Shown here piece by piece: positions 1-6,746 of a DNA stretch of 12,361 nucleotides; position 1 is the stretch's first letter, and every line of letters starts with the position of its first letter. The position numbers and the translations under genes are program-made. The notes below the pieces were generated by a model, which ran no database searches, was not told where the DNA came from, and saw only the letters and a program-made list of their open reading frames with translations. This DNA is from a virus. Lineage: Duplodnaviria > Heunggongvirae > Uroviricota > Caudoviricetes. Where the stretch lies: IMG/VR virus record IMGVR_UViG_3300029485_000297; one strand, given 5' to 3'.

Positions 1-200
1 TCGAAAATGCAGCAAAGGTATCTGGAATTGGCAATATGAAATTGGTCGATGTTTTAAAGACTATTTCAGAGATGGAGTTTGAAAGTATTAAAGCTTTTTC
101 AAGTGCTGTTGCTGGTATGAATAGTATGAAGGAAGCTATTCAGACGGTTAAGGATTTAGATTATGCATTAACAGACTTAAAGAAATCTTCTGAAAAGTAG
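1..200 (+). CDS. 3' end of a hypothetical protein (partial, starts before the window)
   Basis: Frame from position 3 is open: ENAAKVSGIGNMKLVDVLKTISEMEFESIKAFSSAVAGMNSMKEAIQTVKDLDYALTDLKKSSEK, ending at TAG 198-200. Confidence 0.8.
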   Translation, partial: ENAAKVSGIGNMKLVDVLKTISEMEFESIKAFSSAVAGMNSMKEAIQTVKDLDYALTDLKKSSEK

Positions 201-206
201 AGAATA
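199..206 (+). promoter_or_regulatory. AGAGAATA motif, putative phage-specific promoter element
   Basis: Octamer at a gene junction. It recurs at 773, 1142, 3211 and 7745, with variants at 1386 and 1951. Confidence 0.55.
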
Positions 207-244
207 TATTGATAGATTGGTATTTATTGGTGAAGAGTAAATAA

Positions 245-294
245 CATACCATATATAGTGAGCGTAAAGCACAACAAACACTATATATGGTATG
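245..294. promoter_or_regulatory. 16-bp perfect inverted repeat, probable tandem NrdR boxes
   Basis: CATACCATATATAGTG (245-260) and CACTATATATGGTATG (279-294) are exact reverse complements with an 18-nt spacer. ATACCATATATAGTG (246-260) and ACACTATATATGGTA (278-292) each match the NrdR consensus acaCwAtATaTwGtg at 13/15 and start 32 bp apart. Confidence 0.72.
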
Positions 295-310
295 GAAATC
301 AAGACCGAAT

Positions 311-326
311 GAAACTGACATTTCTT
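311..326. promoter_or_regulatory. GAAA-N6-TTTCTT operator-like palindrome, copy 1
   Basis: GAAA ctgaca TTTC TT lies just upstream of the RBS AAGGAG (339-344). The same arrangement occurs at 1415-1430. Confidence 0.45.
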
Positions 327-353
327 AGTGCAATTTTAAAGGAGAATTATAGA

Positions 354-524
354 ATGAGCGACATTTGTAAAGATAGAGAAGCTTTAAGACCTAAATACGA
401 ACAGTTTATTCAGACTGAAAGAGGTAAAGAGTGGAAACATTTTTGGCAGAGTCAAACAGGTTCAGAGAGAAGTGGAGATTTTGGAGATTATTTGTATGAC
501 TTTTATCCAGAAATGTTGCAGTAA
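354..524 (+). CDS. Small hypothetical phage protein (56 aa, MSDICKDREALRPK...FYPEMLQ)
   Basis: Start revised from 258 to ATG 354, which has RBS AAGGAG at 339-344. The 258-353 extension overlaps the inverted repeat and operator and has no RBS. Confidence 0.75.
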   Translation: MSDICKDREALRPKYEQFIQTERGKEWKHFWQSQTGSERSGDFGDYLYDFYPEMLQ

Positions 525-536
525 GGAGAAAAATAA

Positions 537-785
537 ATGGCGAAAAAGAAAGGTTTTGGTATAAGTCCAATAACAAATACAATTTACTATGGAACTCAGG
601 ATACAGAAAACCATATGTGGATTGGACAGAAAATAGATGTTACAAATGAAGTAATAGATGCTGTATATGCATGGTTTATGGGCAATATGGAAGACTCAGA
701 AGGCAAGAAAGAAGAATATCAGATTTCATATCCTAGCACAGAGTTTGAATTAGTAATGAGAAGAAAGAAAACAGAGAATATATAG
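537..785 (+). CDS. Hypothetical phage protein (82 aa)
   Basis: RBS AAGGAG overlaps the previous stop codon. The TIYYG...W...K.DVT.E.I.AV pattern resembles small phage accessory proteins; no function is assignable. Confidence 0.8.
   Translation: MAKKKGFGISPITNTIYYGTQDTENHMWIGQKIDVTNEVIDAVYAWFMGNMEDSEGKKEEYQISYPSTEFELVMRRKKTENI
773..780 (+). promoter_or_regulatory. AGAGAATA motif, putative phage-specific promoter element
   Basis: Exact copy at the end of 537..785, about 20 nt upstream of the next gene. Confidence 0.5.
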
Positions 786-799
786 TTAGGGGTGAGGAT

Positions 800-1105
800 G
801 TGAGTATAGTGAATTTAAATTTACACACAATTGTATTGATTGTGTTGTGTCATTTAATTGGTGATTATGTGTTGCAATGTGATTTTATTGCACAGACAAA
901 AGGAAAGAATTGGTATCATTTATTTGTACATTGTGCATTATATTGTGTCCCATTCTTAATAGTATTCGGTTGGACATGGCAGTTGACAGTAATCTTTATT
1001 TCGCATCTGATTATTGATCCGTTGAAAGCAAGATGGAATAAGATTACATATACTACTGACCAGACATTACATTATATAATCGGAATGCTTTATCTTATTG
1101 GTTAA
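800..1105 (+). CDS. DUF3307-like small membrane protein
   Basis: Hydrophobic protein with H-L-I-G-D-Y-V-L-Q, a K.K..LF.HC..Y segment, H-L-I-I-D and D-Q-T-L-H, the pattern I recognise for DUF3307. The start could be GTG 800 or GTG 809. Confidence 0.78.
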   Translation: MSIVNLNLHTIVLIVLCHLIGDYVLQCDFIAQTKGKNWYHLFVHCALYCVPFLIVFGWTWQLTVIFISHLIIDPLKARWNKITYTTDQTLHYIIGMLYLIG

Positions 1106-1141
1106 TCAACCAAACAATTTCCAATAAAATGAAAATCCAAT

Positions 1142-1149
1142 AGAGAATA
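1142..1149 (+). promoter_or_regulatory. AGAGAATA motif, putative phage-specific promoter element
   Basis: Exact intergenic copy about 10 nt before the RBS GGAGGGG (1159-1165). Confidence 0.55.
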
Positions 1150-1168
1150 AACATATATGGAGGGGAAA

Positions 1169-1369
1169 ATGGATAAAAGTTTTATACATGAATTTAACGA
1201 ATTTGAAGTAAGGAATACTAAAAAATGTAGATGTAAAATTTGTGATAAAGAATTAAGCAATGAAAAGATCATATATTTAAAATCGTTCAGATTACAAAGT
1301 CAGCCATTCCATATATGTATTTCTTGTTGGAAAAAATTAAATATATTGGTTGAAGAAAGTTTATCTTAA
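1169..1369 (+). CDS. Small Zn-finger protein (CxxC...CxxC, 66 aa)
   Basis: CKIC and CISC pairs. Start revised from 1157 to ATG 1169, which follows GGAGGGG. Confidence 0.72.
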   Translation: MDKSFIHEFNEFEVRNTKKCRCKICDKELSNEKIIYLKSFRLQSQPFHICISCWKKLNILVEESLS

Positions 1370-1385
1370 ATAAATTTATAAAACG

Positions 1386-1430
1386 GGAGAATAAGTAAGT
1401 GAAGTAGTTCAGTGGAAATCACTGTTTCTT
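1386..1430 (+). promoter_or_regulatory. GGAGAATA motif variant plus GAAA-N6-TTTCTT palindrome copy 2, overlapping a CAGTG/CACTG hairpin
   Basis: GGAGAATA at 1386-1393, CAGTG-GAAAT-CACTG at 1410-1424 and GAAA tcactg TTTC TT at 1415-1430, followed by RBS GAGGAGGTG. Confidence 0.45.
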
Positions 1431-1452
1431 TGGAATTTGAGGAGGTGAGAAA

Positions 1453-1899
1453 GTGTCACAATTTATATTTAATGAAGACTTTGCAAATAATTGGAAGTCA
1501 GGTCAGATAGTTACTTGTGAAGAAAAAGAGGATGGTTATTTAATTAATAAAGTTGCACTTATTGAAAAGGACGAACTTTTAAAACATGGTGAATTTATCA
1601 CAATGAATGTTCAGATATTGGGACATATTGAGCAAGGTGAAAAAGGTGATTTGACGTTTACATATGATAGAGATTTTCAACCAGGAGACACAGTACAACA
1701 TTTCAAAGGTGATTTCTATAAGATTGTTGCCATTGGAACTAATACAGAAACAGAAGAAAAGATGGTTGTATATCAGAGCTTAAAGGATCAGAGAGTATGG
1801 ACTAGACCATATGATATGTTTATCAGTAAAGTGGATAGAGAGAAATATCCAAACGCTTATCAGCCATATAGACTTATAAAAGTAAAGATTACTGCTTAG
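1453..1899 (+). CDS. DUF1653-domain protein with N-terminal extension
   Basis: C-terminal HFKG..Y.I..I....ETEEKMVVYQSL....VW.RPYDMF.SKVDREKYP...Q.YR is the DUF1653 signature. Strong RBS GAGGAGGTG precedes the GTG start. Confidence 0.85.
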   Translation: MSQFIFNEDFANNWKSGQIVTCEEKEDGYLINKVALIEKDELLKHGEFITMNVQILGHIEQGEKGDLTFTYDRDFQPGDTVQHFKGDFYKIVAIGTNTETEEKMVVYQSLKDQRVWTRPYDMFISKVDREKYPNAYQPYRLIKVKITA

Positions 1900-1955
1900 T
1901 AATTAGTCTTGAACAATTCAGTTCAAAAATTCCAAAACAAATAACTGAATAGTGA

Positions 1956-2076
1956 ATATATGAATGGGTGAAAGAACAGCATACCCTTGGGCTTTTGCGC
2001 TCAAAAATCACTGTTGAATATAGATTTTATATAGATTTAATCTCTATGTTCCGTCCTGAGAAGGGCGTTTATATAT
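1956..2076 (+). ncRNA. Candidate structured cis-regulatory RNA (multi-helix junction with pseudoknot) in the SSB gene leader
   Basis: Manual pairing gives P0 1956-1964/2068-2076, P1 1966-1970/1982-1986, P2 1987-1992/1999-2004, pseudoknot 1975-1979/2011-2015, P3 2016-2024/2043-2051 and P4 2052-2057/2062-2067 with a GAGA tetraloop. Confidence 0.6.
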
Positions 2077-2122
2077 AAGTTATTTATTAAATTTTATTAC
2101 ATATAAGGAGGACATTTTTAAA

Positions 2123-3199
2123 ATGGCAGAAACAAAGAAAAAAGGAAGATTATTTGATTTACCTGAGACAAAGGGTGCGTTCCAGTTAAAGGGAATTGTA
2201 TCTGGTATGGAAAAGGACACAGCTTTCAAGGAGATTAAGACAAAGAGTGGAAAGCCTATGAGAATGCTTAACTTTGGTACAAGCTATCTTGATGGTGAAA
2301 CATTATATGTCAATCTTCAGGGCATGGAACAGGAGAATGTATATTTTTCCAAGAGAGCTGAGAAGAAGGGCGAAAAGGCTGAGACAGTTAAAGTACCTTG
2401 GGCTGATAGATTTTCCTATAACCGTGAGGGCTTCCGTTTAATTGGAAAGAATATCGGTGTAAAGAAGAAAGTTGACTCAGAAGGAAAGACAGTTAATGAC
2501 AAGAAGGTTCTTACAGATTTTGATGCTTGTAAGGAAGTTAAGGAAAATCTGAAGGATGGATCTTCTGTATTTATCAGAGGTAATCTTGATTATAGTAGTT
2601 TTACAGATGATAAGGGTAATAAGAGAACATCTACAAAGCTTGTACCAAATCAGATTTCTCTTTGCTCTGAAATCGACTTTAATGATGAGAAGTTTGAGAA
2701 GCAGAATGATTTTAACCAGGTAATTATCTTCATGGGTATTGAGCAGGAAAAGGATGATAATGATAAACCAACTGGTAGATTTATTGTTCTTGCAAAGATT
2801 GTTACATATAGCAACATTGAAGATGTTCAGTTCTTTATCGAGGATAAGGCTCTTGCAAAGAAGTTTAAGAATTCACTTAGTCCTTATAACGCAATCAAGG
2901 TAAGTGGTCATATGGTTTCTTCTACTCAGACAGAAACAGTTGAAACAGATGATGATGATAATTGGGGCGAAGAAGATAACATGGAAAAGGTATCTGCTCC
3001 TACAAAGAGAGAGTTTATCATTACTGGTGCAAAGGGTTCGTCTATTGATAAGGAACTTTACACAGAACAGAATGTTACAGAAGCTATTGCTAAGATTAAG
3101 AATGCTAATAGGGCAGAGGAAAGCTTTGGTTCTGACTCTAACGATGATTGGGGAGACGGTTCTGATCTTGACGATGGAGATGACGAAGCGTGGGATTAA
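2123..3199 (+). CDS. Single-stranded DNA-binding protein, tandem OB-fold type with acidic tail
   Basis: LKDGSSVFIRGNLDYSSFTDDKGNKRTSTKLV parallels the SSB OB strand pattern (LKKG..V.V.G.L....Y.DK.G..R). A second OB-like segment lies around AIKVSGHM...REFIITG. The acidic C-terminus ends DDGDDEAWD. RBS AAGGAGG; first gene of the replication block. Confidence 0.75.
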   Translation: MAETKKKGRLFDLPETKGAFQLKGIVSGMEKDTAFKEIKTKSGKPMRMLNFGTSYLDGETLYVNLQGMEQENVYFSKRAEKKGEKAETVKVPWADRFSYNREGFRLIGKNIGVKKKVDSEGKTVNDKKVLTDFDACKEVKENLKDGSSVFIRGNLDYSSFTDDKGNKRTSTKLVPNQISLCSEIDFNDEKFEKQNDFNQVIIFMGIEQEKDDNDKPTGRFIVLAKIVTYSNIEDVQFFIEDKALAKKFKNSLSPYNAIKVSGHMVSSTQTETVETDDDDNWGEEDNMEKVSAPTKREFIITGAKGSSIDKELYTEQNVTEAIAKIKNANRAEESFGSDSNDDWGDGSDLDDGDDEAWD

Positions 3200-3210
3200 T
3201 TCTCACAAGT

Positions 3211-3248
3211 AGAGAATAACAATATGGAGCGTCAGAAATGGCGTTCCA
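3211..3248 (+). promoter_or_regulatory. AGAGAATA motif followed by a 10-bp GNRA-capped hairpin
   Basis: AGAGAATA at 3211-3218, then TGGAGCGTCA-GAAA-TGGCGTTCCA at 3225-3248 (two G-U pairs) with no U-tract. Confidence 0.6.
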
Positions 3249-3285
3249 ATAATCAAAATTATAGAATTAACGGAGGAATTATTTA

Positions 3286-4449
3286 ATGGCAAAAGCAAGA
3301 AAAGCGTCAGTCACACAGAGTAAGTTGGGTATGATTTTATATGGAGAGCAGTTTACAGGTAAGTCTACAATGGCTATGCAGCTTGTATATTTCAAGCGTC
3401 CAGATGGAAAGCCTTTCAGAGTATTATATCTTGATCCTGAGACTGGTTCAATTGATGATTATCTTGGTGACTTAGAAGCAAATGGTGTAAACCTTGAAAA
3501 TATTTACATTGTATATACTCAGTCACTTGGAGAAGTAAGACAGTATATTGCAAAGGTTAAGAATGGTGAAGATTTCTACGAACTTGATGATGACGGAGAG
3601 GAAACAGATGATGTAGTTCTTGATGCAGACGGAGAGCCATTTAGAGCAGATGCAATTGTTGTTGATGGTACAACAATACTTAATCTAACAACAAAGCAGG
3701 GATTGGTTGAGTTCTCAAAGAAGAGAAACAAGGTTAAGGCAGACAAGGATGGGCTTGTTGGAGATGCAAGACTTGTTAAGATTGAAGGCGCAGGAATGGA
3801 GCTTAAAGATTACCAGACAATTAACTTTAAGGGACAGGATTTAATTCTCGATCTTATGGCTTCTGGTGTTCACTACATTGTAACTGCAAGAGAGACAGAT
3901 GAGAAGGAGACTATTAAGCAGTCAGACGGTTCTACAATGAGTGTTGTAACTGGAAGAAAGATTCCAGATGGATTTAAGGGTATGACATATAATGTTAAAA
4001 CTGAAATCCGTATGTATAGAAATGAAGAAGGTACAGTATGTGCTCATGTTAAGAAGGATAGAACTCATACTCACGAAGACAACTCAGTTATTGAAGATCC
4101 TACATTACTTGATTGGCAGTCAGTTATCGACAAGACAGCAGATAAGAAAGCATTTGTTGTAAAGAATGACTTAACCAAGGCTGTTGATGTTGAGCAGGAT
4201 ATTTATAGTAAGGAGATTCTTGGTAAGGTTGGAGAGCCTGATAACTCAGAGTCAGAGAATGTATCTAACGGAAGTGGTGGTGTAGATATTGAAGCAATTA
4301 AGAAAGAGATTATTGCTAAAAGAAATGCGCTTCCACCTACTGAGAAGAAAGCAATGAAGGAAAAGCTTGAAGCAGCAGGTCTTCCTACAGCATACAAGAA
4401 TGTAACAGATGTTGAAATTCTCAATAAGGTATTAGCAATATTTGACTAA
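3286..4449 (+). CDS. AAA-family P-loop ATPase (AAA_24/Sak4-like, SPbeta YorG-like)
   Basis: Walker A GEQFTGKST, LYLDPETGS, Walker B AIVVDG, IVTARE and KKDRT. Adjacent to the SSB gene, as is typical for Sak4-like annealing ATPases. RBS GGAGG. Confidence 0.82.
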   Translation: MAKARKASVTQSKLGMILYGEQFTGKSTMAMQLVYFKRPDGKPFRVLYLDPETGSIDDYLGDLEANGVNLENIYIVYTQSLGEVRQYIAKVKNGEDFYELDDDGEETDDVVLDADGEPFRADAIVVDGTTILNLTTKQGLVEFSKKRNKVKADKDGLVGDARLVKIEGAGMELKDYQTINFKGQDLILDLMASGVHYIVTARETDEKETIKQSDGSTMSVVTGRKIPDGFKGMTYNVKTEIRMYRNEEGTVCAHVKKDRTHTHEDNSVIEDPTLLDWQSVIDKTADKKAFVVKNDLTKAVDVEQDIYSKEILGKVGEPDNSESENVSNGSGGVDIEAIKKEIIAKRNALPPTEKKAMKEKLEAAGLPTAYKNVTDVEILNKVLAIFD

Positions 4450-4474
4450 TTTTTGGTTATGTAAAGGTAGGACT

Positions 4475-5167
4475 ATGGCAAGATACACAAATAGCAAAGA
4501 TGGTGTTAAAAGAAAATGTGGTTGTTGCGGAAAAGACCTTTATATAAACAAGAATAATATTGACGATGCAATCTACTATGATAAGAAAACCTATCATAGT
4601 AGTTGCTTTATCAATATATGTCAGAAACGTATTGCGAATAAAAGAGCAGACGTATCAGCAAAATGGACTTGGATATATGACCACATTGATACAATAAAAA
4701 AAGATACATATTCACATCTTGCGGTAGCGATAGAACAAGATAAGATATTTCAATTTATTAAAGAAGCATATGATTTAACCATTATTCCGACTACTGTATG
4801 GCAGAAATTAAGTAATATCTATGCTGGTACATTTAAGGGAATGACAGTAGGTATTCCACCTTCAGACCTACTTGATATGTGGAAAAGAAAAATTGATATG
4901 CTTAATGGTATTGCTAAGAAAAATGAAGTAAAAGGTATTCATATGCAACCAGAAGTACGATTAACATATGATTTATCTATTTTGGTAAATAAATATGACA
5001 GTTATTTAAGGTGGAAAGAAAAACAAAAAATACTTGAAGCTGAGAAAGAAACAGAAAAATCACAGAATATTGTTAGTCAATCAATTGGTTATACAAATAT
5101 ATCTAAGGAAGAAACTAATGATAACACAGATGATATTTCAGACTTGGTGGATGATATTTTTGGATAG
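4475..5167 (+). CDS. Zn-finger replication protein (SPbeta YorH position; possible helicase loader or initiator)
   Basis: N-terminal CGCC...YHSSC metal-binding pattern and acidic tail DDISDLVDDIFG. It sits directly before the helicase. Start revised from TTG 4442 to ATG 4475, after AAGGTAGGA. Function is inferred from position only. Confidence 0.7.
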   Translation: MARYTNSKDGVKRKCGCCGKDLYINKNNIDDAIYYDKKTYHSSCFINICQKRIANKRADVSAKWTWIYDHIDTIKKDTYSHLAVAIEQDKIFQFIKEAYDLTIIPTTVWQKLSNIYAGTFKGMTVGIPPSDLLDMWKRKIDMLNGIAKKNEVKGIHMQPEVRLTYDLSILVNKYDSYLRWKEKQKILEAEKETEKSQNIVSQSIGYTNISKEETNDNTDDISDLVDDIFG

Positions 5168-5177
5168 GAGATAAATA

Positions 5178-6731
5178 TTGGACAATGAACATGAATTAAA
5201 GGATTGTAATATACAATCAGAAATATGTTTTGTGGGTGCGCTACTAAAGTCTCCCGATTTGATTGTAAATTATAGCAATTTTATGAGAAGTAAATATGAT
5301 TTCTCTGATCCTGCAACAAAGTTTTTTTATGATAGTTTTGAAACATATTATCTTACATTTTCTCAAACAGTTGATGAGATAAAGATGAATGTATTTATGA
5401 GTCAGAATGAGGAGCGACTTAAATTATACAAACAGTATAAGGGATGGAAAACTCTTCAAAGATATATGACTTTAGCAGACGAAAATGATGTGAAAAATTA
5501 TTTTGATACTGTTAAAAAATATTCATTGGTCAGAGAATATGGAAGAAATGGATTCCCAGTTGAAAAAATATTATCTCATAGAAATTTCGATAAAATGTCA
5601 CCAAATGACATTTACAGAATTATTCGTACAAAAGCGGATAAGATAAATACAGTAATAAATGCTGGTGAAGAAGCAGTAGAACTTACTGACAAAAACTCAT
5701 CTCAGATTGATAAATATCTTGAAAAGCCAAATTTTGGCTTACCTTTCCCTTGGTATATGTATAACGAATATTTTCTTGGTCTTAGAGAAACAAAGGTATT
5801 ATTTGAAGGATTCCTTTCTAATGAAGGTAAAACAAGAAAACTTGTATTATTAGCAGCTTATGTTGCACTTGTACAGAATGAGAATTTTTTTCTTATGAGT
5901 AATGAGATGGACGAGGAGGATCTTCGTAGCTGTTTGATTACAACTGTTATTAATAACAAAGAGTTTCAAGATTTACATGGAGTTCATTTAACGAAACCTG
6001 AAAAAGAAATTGTATTAGGCGTGTACCACGATAAGACTGGGAACATTATTAGAAGAAAAATTGATGACAATGGCGTGTATCTTGAAAGTAATTCGGATTA
6101 CATAAAGAGAATAAAAGATACGTCAGAGGAATATTGGAATGTCAAGAAAGTAACAGACTGGATTGATAGCAGTGAACGTAAAGGCAAGGTTATGTTCAAG
6201 GATGTAGGAGATGACTATAGCCCTGAAAGAATTGAGTTTGAGTTGCGTAAAGCAAAGATGGTTCAGAACATTAAGTATTACGGCTATGACACATTAAAAG
6301 GGTATAACACAGATGATTGGTCACAGATCAAGCAGTTTGCAACAAAACTGAAGGAGTTGACAAAGGAACTTCGTATGAGTGGTTATGCAGTATTCCAGTT
6401 AAGTGATGATACTGTATTTACTGATATTTTTAGTCTTAGTAGTAACAATATTGCCAATGCTAAACAGATAAAGCATGTAGCTGATATTCTAAACATTGGT
6501 AAGAAACTTAATAAGGAAGAATACCATAAATATCAAGTTGTGTTGGAATGTGATTCTTGGGGAGAGCCTGTAACAGAAGATTTGGATTTAAGTAAACAAT
6601 ATTTTTGTATTAAACCAGATAAGAATAGAGCAGGTAGCAAGGACAAGATTATGTTATTCGAGATTGATTTGAATTTGAATATATGGAGAAATATAGGTTA
6701 TATCATTAAGAAACCAAAAAATAGTGACTAA
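5178..6731 (+). CDS. dnaB: DnaB-like (SF4) replicative helicase
   Basis: N-terminal NIQSE..FVGALL resembles the DnaB N-domain. Walker A GFLSNEGKT, SNEM (catalytic Glu, cf. SLEM), Walker B YGYDTL, FQL, HVAD and KNR (arginine finger). TTG start after AGGAG. Confidence 0.88.
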   Translation: MDNEHELKDCNIQSEICFVGALLKSPDLIVNYSNFMRSKYDFSDPATKFFYDSFETYYLTFSQTVDEIKMNVFMSQNEERLKLYKQYKGWKTLQRYMTLADENDVKNYFDTVKKYSLVREYGRNGFPVEKILSHRNFDKMSPNDIYRIIRTKADKINTVINAGEEAVELTDKNSSQIDKYLEKPNFGLPFPWYMYNEYFLGLRETKVLFEGFLSNEGKTRKLVLLAAYVALVQNENFFLMSNEMDEEDLRSCLITTVINNKEFQDLHGVHLTKPEKEIVLGVYHDKTGNIIRRKIDDNGVYLESNSDYIKRIKDTSEEYWNVKKVTDWIDSSERKGKVMFKDVGDDYSPERIEFELRKAKMVQNIKYYGYDTLKGYNTDDWSQIKQFATKLKELTKELRMSGYAVFQLSDDTVFTDIFSLSSNNIANAKQIKHVADILNIGKKLNKEEYHKYQVVLECDSWGEPVTEDLDLSKQYFCIKPDKNRAGSKDKIMLFEIDLNLNIWRNIGYIIKKPKNSD

Positions 6732-6746
6732 TTGGAGGGTGGCAGC

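Noticed and set aside
221..243. Weak AU hairpin TATTTATT/AGTAAATA and ATTGGT direct repeat
   Set aside because: Too weak and expected by chance in AT-rich sequence.
258..353. N-terminal extension of ORF 258..524 from the ORF track
   Set aside because: No RBS at 258 and it overlaps the inverted repeat and operator. ATG 354 has a good RBS.
1966..2015. HDV-like, pistol, twister or hammerhead ribozyme, or preQ1/ZTP riboswitch identity for the leader RNA
   Set aside because: It lacks HDV P3/P1.1 and I could not find the conserved core nucleotides of the other classes, so it is left unassigned.
2904..3212. Alternative-frame 102-aa ORF inside the SSB gene
   Set aside because: Almost fully overlaps a well-supported gene, has no convincing RBS and no recognisable motif.
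4203..4424. Minus-strand 73-aa ORF
   Set aside because: Antisense shadow of the ATPase C-terminus.
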